Below the pieces are notes generated by a model, which made no database searches, was not told the DNA's origin, and worked only from the letters and a program-made list of their open reading frames with translations. From positions 9,000-72,999 of IMG/VR virus record IMGVR_UViG_3300001531_000060: a DNA stretch of 64,000 bases. One strand, given 5' to 3'. Source of the stretch: a virus. Taxonomy: Duplodnaviria > Caudoviricetes. Position 1 is the first letter of the stretch. The number at the start of each line of letters is the position of its first letter. The position numbers were made by a program, and so were the translations under genes. This document shows, one piece after another, positions 1 through 9,619 of this stretch.

Positions 1-658
1 TTACTATTGCATTTTCACTAATATTAGAAAAGTTCACTTTGATTTCAAAAGAATAATTCTGTAAAGCAGTATTGTAAGCATACAATCCTGTTTTTATATA
101 TTGACTACCACTTGTTTCAACATAATTTAAGTATGTATATTCTTTTGTTGAAGCTTCAACATCAAAAGTATAAATATAATCAAGAAAATCTTTTGCAACT
201 TGTATAAATTTTTCGTTATTGTTGCTTCCTGTATATATCTTGTTTTCACCACCTATCCAATATCTGCCATTGTTTTTGTTAAACTCTATTATACTTGAAG
301 TTATAGAACGATAATTATTTGCATTGCTATTTAATGAATAATACCAATCCTTCCCTTTATAATTCAATGTTGACGATGAAATTTCCAATGTAATATTGGT
401 GTTACCATCATCTCTATACATAATACAATTATTTTTTACTTCTGAAATAGTAAAAGCAATTATCCAATTTTGTCCACCATCTTGAAACACGCAAAAACCA
501 CCATAACATAAACCTGCATATTTTTTTCTCCAATATGTTTGCCCATCTCTTGATTTGTATGTAATATAATTATTACTGTCCACATTGGTAAATACGACAT
601 TTGCAGGAATAAGTTGCTTTCCTTTTACTCTCATCATTAGTTGATTAAACCCCGGCAT
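1..658 (-). CDS. Tail-fibre-associated protein, 3'-truncated by window edge
   Basis: Hand-translated open frame from ATG at 658 (MPGFNQLMMRVKGK...EYTYLNYVETSGSQYIKTGL...) running off position 1; not in the ORF track; the Y-[IV]-E-x-x-G-x-Q-Y-I-x-T-G motif is typical of phage fibre proteins. Confidence 0.6.
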   Translation of the reverse strand, partial: MPGFNQLMMRVKGKQLIPANVVFTNVDSNNYITYKSRDGQTYWRKKYAGLCYGGFCVFQDGGQNWIIAFTISEVKNNCIMYRDDGNTNITLEISSSTLNYKGKDWYYSLNSNANNYRSITSSIIEFNKNNGRYWIGGENKIYTGSNNNEKFIQVAKDFLDYIYTFDVEASTKEYTYLNYVETSGSQYIKTGLYAYNTALQNYSFEIKVNFSNISENAIV

Positions 659-660
659 TG

Positions 661-1614
661 TTATCTCCCAAATTTATCTATTTCTGCTAACCCATTTTTT
701 ATTGCAATACAATAAGTTGTATTTGCTTCAAGTGAAGGTATTGAACCTCCTCCCCATTTTAAGGTAGAATTATCAACAAATGTAATGCTTGAACCTGTCG
801 TAAAATAAATAAAACTTTCTAAATAACTTTTTACTACACTTGATATTGTCAATGAAGTTATTGCATTGCTAAACTCATATATTGTATTCTCTGCTACTGA
901 TAATGTATATGTTGTATTTGTTAAAGTCGTTACTGTTGGCATTGGAATATAACCACTTCCACCACCGCCTTGAACTTCCGCCCACGCCACTGTACTTCCA
1001 TTAGTTGTCAAAAATTTTCCGCTGTTTCCGGTTTGTGTTGGTACAATATTATTTATATCTAATTCTTCCAAATCTTCTTCGTCAACTAAACCTAAATCAG
1101 AACCTGTTTGATCTCCACTTAAAGTAACACTATTAATAGATGGTTTATTTGTTAAATCATTATAATCAGAAGTTCCTCCACTACCAACTGTTGCCCAACT
1201 CATTGTAGTCCCATCTGTTGTTAAGAATTTTCCTGATTGTCCTGTCTGAGAAGGTAAAACATCTTGTTTATTCGACCATTCAGTAGTTGTAGGTAACTTA
1301 TATCCTGAAGCTATACTTATTGTAGTATTTAAAGTTGATGTTTGAGCTGTATTTTGTGAAGACGATAAACCAGTACCAGCTTGAACTCGAACTGAAGTTA
1401 CTGTTCCAGCAGGAACAGCTCCCCATGATAAAGTAGATCCATTAGTAGTAAGAAATTTTCCAGACTGCCCTGTTTGGTCTGGTAAATCTGTTCCACCACC
1501 CGAACCACTATCAGGAGTTAAATATAACTCATCTGCATTTTTAACTGCTTGTTCATATTGTGCATCTGTAAGTTTATTGATGATAAGTTGTCTAATATTA
1601 TGATCTGTCGGCAT
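661..1614 (-). CDS. Tail fibre protein with three PxQTG[QN]SGKFLTT[ND]G repeats
   Basis: Repeats visible in the translation; likely start is ATG 1614, overlapping the upstream stop (TAATG) after GGAGG, rather than 1644. Confidence 0.7.
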   Translation of the reverse strand: MPTDHNIRQLIINKLTDAQYEQAVKNADELYLTPDSGSGGGTDLPDQTGQSGKFLTTNGSTLSWGAVPAGTVTSVRVQAGTGLSSSQNTAQTSTLNTTISIASGYKLPTTTEWSNKQDVLPSQTGQSGKFLTTDGTTMSWATVGSGGTSDYNDLTNKPSINSVTLSGDQTGSDLGLVDEEDLEELDINNIVPTQTGNSGKFLTTNGSTVAWAEVQGGGGSGYIPMPTVTTLTNTTYTLSVAENTIYEFSNAITSLTISSVVKSYLESFIYFTTGSSITFVDNSTLKWGGGSIPSLEANTTYCIAIKNGLAEIDKFGR

Positions 1615-2225
1615 TAGCTGCCCTCCAAACAATGTAATATACATTTATCATTAGTTACTCCATCTATTTCAAATCTTGTCCATCTTAAATATATCTCTCC
1701 ATTCCATTTTTCTGTTCCACTATTATACCAAGAATGTCCCATACACATAGAAGAAACAGGATATATTTTTGTGCTATTATTTATTGTTATATCTGTTACC
1801 CAATTTATATTATCAAGTGAATACTTAAGATAGTATTTACTCCCATCATATTCAAAACATATATAATAAATAGTATTAACTAATAGAACATGTGTTCCAT
1901 CAACTTCATTTGCTTTACTTGAACCATTAGTAGAAATATTTACTCTGAACTTTCCTGTCGTTCTAACTACTATTTGAAAACATCTTGTAGAAGAATTTCT
2001 ATCTATTAATGATATTTGTGTTGTATAATCATATATTTTAACTTTAGTTGTAAATTTCCATTTAGATGTTCCTGGGTTAAATGCTCCTAATATTAAGTAA
2101 TCATTTTTATCAGTAAAACCACTTGCAATGCCATCTTCAGTAATTGTAGGACTTCCTTTTACTGTATATGATATTGCTGTTGGACTATGTAGCTTTACTT
2201 TATTTTCACCTAAATATAAAGACAT
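1614..2225 (-). CDS. LamG/ConA-like beta-sandwich tail protein
   Basis: Beta-rich; GSPTI...YDGSKYYLKYSLD motifs shared with 4848-5555. Confidence 0.5.
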   Translation of the reverse strand: MSLYLGENKVKLHSPTAISYTVKGSPTITEDGIASGFTDKNDYLILGAFNPGTSKWKFTTKVKIYDYTTQISLIDRNSSTRCFQIVVRTTGKFRVNISTNGSSKANEVDGTHVLLVNTIYYICFEYDGSKYYLKYSLDNINWVTDITINNSTKIYPVSSMCMGHSWYNSGTEKWNGEIYLRWTRFEIDGVTNDKCILHCLEGS

Positions 2226-2231
2226 ATATAA

Positions 2232-2456
2232 TTACCACTCTACTATTTTTAATACATATTCTACACTATCTAATGCTGCTTTAACTACTTTATTTTGAAC
2301 TGGGTTTTCTGAAGTGTCTGATAAGGCACTATCTACAATAGTTTTATTATTATCTACATAAGTCTTAACTGCTTTTTGAGAGGCAACAGTTATATCACTA
2401 TTGTTGGCAAGTGTTCCATCTGTATCTAAATCATAATGTTTACCTATCGTTGGCAT
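2232..2456 (-). CDS. Small tail-fibre-type protein
   Basis: TDGTLANNSD..SQKAVKTYVD and VDSALSDTSENPVQNK fibre motifs. Confidence 0.55.
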   Translation of the reverse strand: MPTIGKHYDLDTDGTLANNSDITVASQKAVKTYVDNNKTIVDSALSDTSENPVQNKVVKAALDSVEYVLKIVEW

Positions 2457-2468
2457 TTATTTCTCCGA

Positions 2469-4145
2469 TTATGAATTTATTTTTTGTCCAATTACCACTG
2501 CTCTATATGTTCCTGCTGCTATATTTGTTGAACTGTTTATCTTAATTGTTATTGCAGATGTCGCATAAGTTATATTGCAATATACTTCTTCTCCTGTACT
2601 AATTTCTCTAACACTACATATAACATCTGCGTTGTTCAATGTGTTTGTTATTGTCCATGTGCAAGTATTACCTGTTTGTGTTAATGCTGGATTATTAACT
2701 GCTAATGTTAAACTTGCATTACTTATAGCATCTTGAACAAATGCAGTAGTTGCTACTTGAGTTGTACTCGTTCCAGTTACTGCTGTCGGAGCAGTTGGTA
2801 TTCCTGTAAATGCAGGACTTGCTAAGTCTGCTTTTAAGTTTAATGCTGCATTTAAATTTGCATTATCAGAAGGTTGCCCAACTATCGAACTAAAACTTAT
2901 TTCTCTTTGTGAATTTACTTGTAGTAACCAATTCGTCCCATCATAGTAATAAACATCATTCGCTGCAACTGATTCTGTTTCTACAGTAGTAGATGCTACT
3001 CCAGTATAAGAACTTCCATTTGGTCTATAATTTGTTGTACTGCTAGTATTATCTACTATGTAATAATCTCCTGTTTTATACTCAAAAGGCAATGTACTTG
3101 ATGGATCTGTTTCAGGTAAACCTGTTGCTCCATTCCATAAACTTAAAAATCTTCCTCTTGCCTGTAAATCATCTATCTGGTCTTGTATATTCCCAGTTAC
3201 TCCACTTAAATACCCTAACTCTGTAGAAGTTATATCACTTACTGCAACTTTTCCAGAAGCATTCGAAATTAATGCTCTTGAAACAGTTAAATTATTAGTT
3301 GTAATAGTAGAAGCACCACCAGTAATTGTTGCTTGTTTTCCACTTAATGCTGCACTTATTGTTGAGTTCTGAACAGGATTAGATGAATTAGAACTTATTT
3401 CTGTATCTACTATAACGGCACCTTTTACTGAACTTGTTGCAGTTGGTAATTGTGAAGAGGGAACTAAAGTATTTACATCTAATGTTGCAACACCATTAGC
3501 AGAACCTTTTTGACTTACATTAATATAGGTTGAACTTAAATCTGGAATATCACTAGCTGCTAAATTTTCACCATCTGTTACTAATCCATCAGAATTATAT
3601 GTTATTTTACATTTTGTTGCTGCTGTTATTGCTGATGATAATTTATTTATTTTATTATCTAATTGTGTTTGTATATTAGATGTAACACCATGAACATATC
3701 CTAACTCTGTTGATGTTGTATCACTTACTGCTATTTTACCATCCCCATTAGATATTACTGCCCTATTCTGCATTAAATCATCATCTTTAATAGTACTTGC
3801 TGCACCTGTAATTTCTATATCTAAATTATCAATATAATTTTTAACATTTGTATTATCTAAATTTGAAATAGGTATTTCTGTTGCATTTATTATTATATTT
3901 GAACTTAGAGCTTTTCCATTAACTGTAGTACTTGTTAATACAAAATTACCTTGTTCATCAACATCTAATAATTTTTTCCAAGCACCATTTTTATAAATAT
4001 ATAAACCTTTAATACTGTTATCAGTATTATAATATATTTGTCCCTCTTTAGGGTTATCTGGTGCTATACCTTGATTTTCTATAACAGCCTGTTTTAATTC
4101 ATTTTTTTGTAGGTCAATATCGACAACAAATGATCTATCCGCCAT
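2469..4145 (-). CDS. Tail fibre protein (558 aa)
   Basis: Internal repeat (RA.ISN..GK.AVSD.TSTELGY..GVT.NIQ.Q.D twice); ASPAFTGIPTAPTA..GTSTTQVATTAFV fibre motif. Confidence 0.75.
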   Translation of the reverse strand: MADRSFVVDIDLQKNELKQAVIENQGIAPDNPKEGQIYYNTDNSIKGLYIYKNGAWKKLLDVDEQGNFVLTSTTVNGKALSSNIIINATEIPISNLDNTNVKNYIDNLDIEITGAASTIKDDDLMQNRAVISNGDGKIAVSDTTSTELGYVHGVTSNIQTQLDNKINKLSSAITAATKCKITYNSDGLVTDGENLAASDIPDLSSTYINVSQKGSANGVATLDVNTLVPSSQLPTATSSVKGAVIVDTEISSNSSNPVQNSTISAALSGKQATITGGASTITTNNLTVSRALISNASGKVAVSDITSTELGYLSGVTGNIQDQIDDLQARGRFLSLWNGATGLPETDPSSTLPFEYKTGDYYIVDNTSSTTNYRPNGSSYTGVASTTVETESVAANDVYYYDGTNWLLQVNSQREISFSSIVGQPSDNANLNAALNLKADLASPAFTGIPTAPTAVTGTSTTQVATTAFVQDAISNASLTLAVNNPALTQTGNTCTWTITNTLNNADVICSVREISTGEEVYCNITYATSAITIKINSSTNIAAGTYRAVVIGQKINS

Positions 4146-4162
4146 AGTATATTCCCCTTATA

Positions 4163-4474
4163 TTAATTTAAATATGCTCTACCTTTAAATGCAAAATTAA
4201 ATCTTACTATTATTTTTGAATCATTTATATATTGTATATCCGGTGTTACTACCCTATCATACTCATCAACAACAGTAACAGATGGTTTTTTATTTAAATT
4301 ATGTATTATTGTCCACGCATTTTTTGATTCAGCTTGTTCAAATACAAAATACTTATCTTTATTTGCTTGAGCAATATCAAAAGTAACATGAATATCATTA
4401 TCTTGTATTGTAAAGTTCGCAGTTTCTCTCTGTGGTTGTTCTAGATTAAAAGTTGCAATAAATTCATTAGGCAT
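4163..4474 (-). CDS. Small tail-associated protein
   Basis: WTIIHNLNKKPSVTVVD...FKGRAYLN motif common in phage tail clusters. Confidence 0.5.
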   Translation of the reverse strand: MPNEFIATFNLEQPQRETANFTIQDNDIHVTFDIAQANKDKYFVFEQAESKNAWTIIHNLNKKPSVTVVDEYDRVVTPDIQYINDSKIIVRFNFAFKGRAYLN

Positions 4475-4475
4475 A

Positions 4476-4766
4476 TTATACCACCTCCGGATTTGCTTTA
4501 AAGCTCAAAGTTCCTTCACAAGTGTACTTTTTTCCTTCACTATCATAGATAGCTAAATAACATTTATTATTATATTCATTTAATTGTTTTGTTTCTGTTC
4601 TATTTAAAGAAACTTGTAATGGGAAAACCGGATTCATAAATGTTTTTTTAATAACACCTATTCTTACTTCTGCTTTTGAGATTACATAGTCTTGAGCGTT
4701 TTCTAAATTAATTGTTAGAAAACCAAAACCAAAAGCATCTGTATCGTCTCCTCTTCTTATTGTCAT
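4476..4766 (-). CDS. Hypothetical tail/baseplate-associated protein
   Basis: ORF with GGAG RBS inside the tail cluster. Confidence 0.4.
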   Translation of the reverse strand: MTIRRGDDTDAFGFGFLTINLENAQDYVISKAEVRIGVIKKTFMNPVFPLQVSLNRTETKQLNEYNNKCYLAIYDSEGKKYTCEGTLSFKANPEVV

Positions 4767-4847
4767 AATATTTACTCCATTTATATATTTAATTTAATTA
4801 TTTATTTTTATTCTACAAACCAAATAACTTGATTATTTGTCGTTTAA

Positions 4848-5555
4848 TTATTCTGCAACCTCAAAGACATAATCTGTATCATCTATTACACATCCCGATT
4901 TATTTAAATATATTTTTCCATTAAAATACCAGTCAGCTGCTGCATGACCTTTCCCGAATGTAAGATTTAATTCCTGTCCGTTTCTGATTAAAGCAGTGGA
5001 AGAAACTACACACTCTGTTGTATAACTAATATCATCGGTAGATAATTCTAATTTATATTGAGTACCGTCAAAACTAAACTTAATATAATAGTCTGTATTT
5101 GTTTGAACATCACTGCTGCCTAATAGATTGGATATATTCCAAGAAAAGTCATTTGTTGATAAACCCATATACAGTTTGTTACTTCTATTAACTGCTATTG
5201 CTATTATACCGCCACTAGCAACCCATCCTATAAGGCAATTGTTTTCTCTATTAGCGGTATTACCGAAATATTGGAATTTCATTTTGAAAGAATAATGTTT
5301 ACTCGGATTAAAATTGTTAAATATAAGATAGTTTGAGTTTGAAAAATCATAAACTTCTCCATTGTTTATTGTCGGAGAGCCGTGTTTGGTAAGATATAAT
5401 ACTTCAACTCCACCACCTGCAATTTGATTTTTATTCAACAAAGTTTGCCTTGAACTATCCCCACTCTGCCTTACTTGATTTGCTCCAATTAAGGTCTGTG
5501 TTGAAGTATCTCCACTTGCTCTTAATTGGTTAGAGTTAATTATAGTTTCTGCCAT
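4848..5555 (-). CDS. LamG/ConA-like tail protein with N-terminal 18-aa tandem repeat
   Basis: NQLRASGDTSTQTLIGA / NQVRQSGDSSRQTLLNK repeat; paralogous to 1614-2225. Confidence 0.5.
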   Translation of the reverse strand: MAETIINSNQLRASGDTSTQTLIGANQVRQSGDSSRQTLLNKNQIAGGGVEVLYLTKHGSPTINNGEVYDFSNSNYLIFNNFNPSKHYSFKMKFQYFGNTANRENNCLIGWVASGGIIAIAVNRSNKLYMGLSTNDFSWNISNLLGSSDVQTNTDYYIKFSFDGTQYKLELSTDDISYTTECVVSSTALIRNGQELNLTFGKGHAAADWYFNGKIYLNKSGCVIDDTDYVFEVAE

Positions 5556-5557
5556 AA

Positions 5558-7612
5558 TTATTCTCCTTTGACTGTTATCTTATCCGTTGTAGATAATGCA
5601 GTAACAAAAGTTATCACACCACTTGATATTGTATAATCGTCTGTAAGTGCTAACTCTACACCGTTCTTCAATACATCTACTACCTTTGTGAAATCGGAAC
5701 TTACATTTAGAGTTGAAGTATTATCTGCACTAATGGTATATACCTTTTTCGTTAAACTTCCACCGATTTTTACTAACTCATCATTTTCATACAAGTAAAG
5801 TATTCCGTTGGTTTTGTCGGCTATCTCACTTTTATCTTCTATTGCTACACCACTATCCCAAGATAAATCTGAAGAAGGAACTAAAAATTCTCCTGAACTT
5901 TCTAAAAGATATATATCGCCACTTGTATATAACCCTCTACCATATTGGTCTATTATGTATGCAATACCGTATTCTATATAGGCACTTGTTGCAACAGACG
6001 AAAAATCGTTTATTGTAAAAGAAGTAGTCGCAACTTGTGTTTCGTTTTCTAATAAAGATACATTACAACTTGACGATGTTTTTTCTATCACAAGAGTATA
6101 TTTTTTGTTTTCGCTTATTTCAAAGAAATTTTCTTCTTTTTCTTTGTGATAAGAGCCTGAAGATATATATCCTTCTGTGTAAAAAATTTTTTTGTCTTTT
6201 GTTACTCCAAAACTTCTTTTATGTGTAGTGCTTGTATTTTTAGACGAATTAAAAGTTATTAAACCATTACCACCTATATCCGTTTGAGAAATAGAGGTCA
6301 TTTTAAATGTAACTTGATATGTCTTGTTTCCGTTCCAAAGAGTATTTCCAATTTGTCTGTGTAATATTCTTGGATTTGCATAGCCTTGAGATATATTAGT
6401 TACTATTCCTGTTGTATAATCAATAGTTACTGCTCCGTAAGTAACATTTGTGTTCCACTCATAAGTGTCTGCCAATGTCTTATAAATCTTCTTATCGCTC
6501 GTATTCAAAAAAGTATCTTTCCACTCCATAGAACTCGCACTCGGTAAAGAACTACCACTATCCGTTACTATTGTTGGAAATGCACCTCCACTCACTGTTG
6601 CCCAACTCATTGTAGTTCCATCGGTTGTTAAAAATTTCCCGCTGTTTCCGGTTTGTGTTGGGAAATATTCCTGAACAAAAGGTTTATCGATCTCTGTTAT
6701 TTCTATAGAAAATCTTGTGCTTCCACTACTTATTTGTTGAAAATTTAACTCATATACTGTATTAAACTTAAAATTATAATTTGTTAATATATCTAAATTT
6801 AAAATTTGCGCTGAAGTATAAGAACTTAAAATTACTGAAAAAGCATCAGTACCGTAAGGAGGAACACCTGTATAGGTTTTAAAAAATATTTTGCAACTCC
6901 CATTTAAACTAGATACTAATTCCAAACTTTTTATTCTTCTCCAATCTAATGCATTGATATAACCTACGTTAATAACTGAATTGGATTCTGCATCAGAAAA
7001 AGTATTTAAATTTATAGACATATCTGCAGCTTCACTGGCAGGTGATTGATTAAAAATTCTTTCTGTAAGATTATCTAAGCGCTGCCATTTTTTATCGGTA
7101 TAAGTATAATCATTTATTTGTCTAACATACGTTTGCCATGCCTCTATTCTGGTTATACCTGTTGAGCTTAGGTAAGAAAATTTTCCAGTTTGAACATACC
7201 AGTAGGTTCCACGTGTATTATCAAAACATTTTTCTTGCGTTAATATACACCAATATGTATCATATTCAGGATCCAATTCAAATGTAGTAATTGAAGGTAA
7301 AGTTCCGGTAGGGTTTTTTATAAAGAAAGTACCTTCTTGTCTTAAATTATCAATATTAGTTCCTTCTTCTAATTCTATAACATTAACTTGTATATTACTT
7401 AAAGCCTCACTCACAGCCTTTTCAGTAGGTATCACTGTATCTAAAGCATTAGTTGTATCTCTTACTGTTGTTTGTATAACACCGGATTTAAAATTTGAAA
7501 CTTCTAAATTCGATATAGTATTTTCCTGAGCGTTGATTTTTGCATCAGTTATATTATTACTATCAAAATTTACATCAGATACAATGTTAATCTTTTTATT
7601 ATCAATACTCAT
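5558..7612 (-). CDS. Tail fibre / receptor-binding protein (684 aa)
   Basis: PTQTGNSGKFLTTDGTTMSW repeat; beta-rich C-terminal region; first gene of the minus-strand block. Confidence 0.65.
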   Translation of the reverse strand: MSIDNKKINIVSDVNFDSNNITDAKINAQENTISNLEVSNFKSGVIQTTVRDTTNALDTVIPTEKAVSEALSNIQVNVIELEEGTNIDNLRQEGTFFIKNPTGTLPSITTFELDPEYDTYWCILTQEKCFDNTRGTYWYVQTGKFSYLSSTGITRIEAWQTYVRQINDYTYTDKKWQRLDNLTERIFNQSPASEAADMSINLNTFSDAESNSVINVGYINALDWRRIKSLELVSSLNGSCKIFFKTYTGVPPYGTDAFSVILSSYTSAQILNLDILTNYNFKFNTVYELNFQQISSGSTRFSIEITEIDKPFVQEYFPTQTGNSGKFLTTDGTTMSWATVSGGAFPTIVTDSGSSLPSASSMEWKDTFLNTSDKKIYKTLADTYEWNTNVTYGAVTIDYTTGIVTNISQGYANPRILHRQIGNTLWNGNKTYQVTFKMTSISQTDIGGNGLITFNSSKNTSTTHKRSFGVTKDKKIFYTEGYISSGSYHKEKEENFFEISENKKYTLVIEKTSSSCNVSLLENETQVATTSFTINDFSSVATSAYIEYGIAYIIDQYGRGLYTSGDIYLLESSGEFLVPSSDLSWDSGVAIEDKSEIADKTNGILYLYENDELVKIGGSLTKKVYTISADNTSTLNVSSDFTKVVDVLKNGVELALTDDYTISSGVITFVTALSTTDKITVKGE

Positions 7613-7689
7613 ATACTTACTCCATTATGCTGAATTTTTTACATTTTTCATAAAAATAACATATATAGCATATTTATAAAAAAAGCTAT

Positions 7690-7711
7690 ATTATGAGTGT
7701 TTTGTCAAGGG
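7690..7711 (-). promoter_or_regulatory. Putative late promoter, CCC-TTGACA-N7-CATAAT
   Basis: Reverse complement CCCTTGACAAAACACTCATAAT, upstream of the tail block; one of 7 copies. Confidence 0.7.
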
Positions 7712-7732
7712 TAATAAAATTGAAAAAAGTAC

Positions 7733-7761
7733 TTGACATTATTTTTATTTTATATTATAAT
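7733..7761 (+). promoter_or_regulatory. Canonical sigma70 promoter
   Basis: Perfect TTGACA-N17-TATAAT. Confidence 0.85.
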
Positions 7762-8070
7762 AGTGGCCGTAGGATAAATCTGCTAGTAGTGTCTACGACT
7801 ATAATATCAGGAATGGTAAAGCTCCTGCTCACTACTACAGCGTTGGGAAATGGGAAGTATAACAACGTACAAATGTATATACGTAATGTATATAGTATGC
7901 AACTCCCTTTGTATAATTGAGGGGAGCCCTAATACTGAAGGTTATTCATTAGCTTAATTTACCTAGAGACAGAAGAAGCTAACTACAGTTAATATAGGAC
8001 AATAGTAATTAGAGTGTTAACATAATTCCACTTTAATTTCTTTTTTCTTTTCTAAGAAAAAAGAAAGCTG
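7762..8070 (+). ncRNA. Possible structured non-coding RNA or origin region
   Basis: No convincing ORF; GC-richer than flanks; stems TAGTAGTG/CACTACTA, CAGGA/TCCTG, CGTTG/CAACG, CTCCCTT/AGGGGAG; lies between two perfect sigma70 promoters. Confidence 0.35.
8037..8066. repeat. Perfect 13-bp inverted repeat
   Basis: TTTCTTTTTTCTT-TTCT-AAGAAAAAAGAAA. Confidence 0.8.
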
Positions 8071-8132
8071 TGGGAAATAAAAAAATATTTGTTTACTTCT
8101 TATAGTCTTTTATTTAAAATAGTATTTACCTA

Positions 8133-8161
8133 TTGACATTTCAAATTAAATTTACTATAAT
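8133..8161 (+). promoter_or_regulatory. Canonical sigma70 promoter
   Basis: Perfect TTGACA-N17-TATAAT upstream of the replication block. Confidence 0.85.
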
Positions 8162-8198
8162 CTTAAGAAATTCAAAAAATAATGGAGGAAGTTTAAAA

Positions 8199-8462
8199 AT
8201 GGATTTATTTGGAAAGAAGAAAATTAAAATGTTACAAGAAACTCTTAACAACACTATTCAAAGTAATATCGCTTTAGAAAAGATTTCTAAAACATTAACC
8301 TGCCTTAATGAACTTATTATAGCAGATAATGAAAGTTTGAAAAAAGAAAATGATGAACTTAAAGAATTGAATCAATTTTATAAGATGTTTTATGTACCTA
8401 AAGATGAAATAGAAAAGTCTAAAAAAGAAAAGAAAGCAAAATCCAAAAAAGTAAAAAAATAA
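8199..8462 (+). CDS. Hypothetical coiled-coil protein
   Basis: GGAGG RBS then ATG 8199 (MDLFGKKK...); the ORF-track start at 8133 lies inside the promoter. Confidence 0.6.
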   Translation: MDLFGKKKIKMLQETLNNTIQSNIALEKISKTLTCLNELIIADNESLKKENDELKELNQFYKMFYVPKDEIEKSKKEKKAKSKKVKK

Positions 8463-8471
8463 ATCAGACAG

Positions 8472-8506
8472 AGAGAGTATGGATTAGTAAATAGTTCATA
8501 CTCTCT
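8472..8506. other. Intergenic hairpin (10-bp stem)
   Basis: AGAGAGTATG-N15-CATACTCTCT just before an AGGAG RBS. Confidence 0.55.
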
Positions 8507-8521
8507 TATTAGGAGTACTCT

Positions 8522-9304
8522 GTGCAAATTAGAGTTCTATCAGATATACATGAAGATATTAATGAAAGATATCCTTTGAATTATAACGATGATGTATTTA
8601 CAGTTATAGCTGGGGATATTAGCGGTGATCCGATTAATGGAGTTGTTTGGGTTAAAAAGAATATTAAAAATGGATTACTTGTTCATGGTAATCATGATTT
8701 TGTTTATAATACATTGGGTTTGACATTTCAAGAACAACAAGATGCTTATACTAATTGTTTCCCTTTGGATAGTAATGTTTCATATTTAAATAATCAGTAT
8801 AAGATTATTGATGATATTGTATTTATCGGTTGCTGTTTATATACAAATTATAAATATAATGGTAGTGTTACCGGTAATATGAAACTTGCTTCAAAAGGTT
8901 TAAATGATTTTAGATGGGGACAGATAAAAGAAAATGATAACATTGTAAGACTTGAACCAAGACACTATCTTGCAATGTTTAAAGAATCATTTGACTTTAT
9001 TAAACATACATTAAAAAAGTTTGAGGATAAGAAATGTGTTTTAATTACACATCATGGAGTTAGTCCTTTACAGATTGCTCCAAAATATTTTACAAGTAAT
9101 ATTAACGCTTCTTATATTTCAGATTTAACAAAGTTTATTGAAAAACAAAAGAATTTGAAACTAATTGTTACCGGACATATACATACAAGTAGTGATATAA
9201 TGATAGGTAATACCAGAGTTATCTGTAATCCTTACGGTTATAGAAGTTCTGTTTATGGAGAATGTAATTTGAATTTTAATCCAAATTTAATTGTAGAGGT
9301 ATAA
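8522..9304 (+). CDS. Calcineurin-like metallophosphoesterase
   Basis: SDIH, AGD, GNHD, THH and GHIH motifs. Confidence 0.9.
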   Translation: MQIRVLSDIHEDINERYPLNYNDDVFTVIAGDISGDPINGVVWVKKNIKNGLLVHGNHDFVYNTLGLTFQEQQDAYTNCFPLDSNVSYLNNQYKIIDDIVFIGCCLYTNYKYNGSVTGNMKLASKGLNDFRWGQIKENDNIVRLEPRHYLAMFKESFDFIKHTLKKFEDKKCVLITHHGVSPLQIAPKYFTSNINASYISDLTKFIEKQKNLKLIVTGHIHTSSDIMIGNTRVICNPYGYRSSVYGECNLNFNPNLIVEV

Positions 9305-9313
9305 TTATATATC

Positions 9314-9619
9314 ATGCATGAAATAATTCGATTTGTACAAAATAATCCGCATGTAATATTATATTATAAAGTTGAAGGAGAAAGTTTACAAATATATACG
9401 TTATGTAATGAAATCATTAATATCAGACCAATTAAATTGAAACGTAAGAAAAATTTTTATGAGGTTATTGTAACCGTTATAGACGGTAATGATTGTGATT
9501 ACCAAGCCTATACATTAAATATTATTGACGTATTTAGATTACTTAACGATTATATCTGTAATTTTTACAGGGAACCATATTTTGAAGATGAAGAAGAAGG
9601 AGATTTAAATGAGTTATAA
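9314..9619 (+). CDS. Hypothetical protein
   Basis: ORF track; operonic spacing. Confidence 0.55.
   Translation: MHEIIRFVQNNPHVILYYKVEGESLQIYTLCNEIINIRPIKLKRKKNFYEVIVTVIDGNDCDYQAYTLNIIDVFRLLNDYICNFYREPYFEDEEEGDLNEL

Noticed and set aside
7693-7920. 75-aa plus-strand ORF
   Set aside because: Its start overlaps the promoter elements, it has no RBS, and it is better explained as non-coding.
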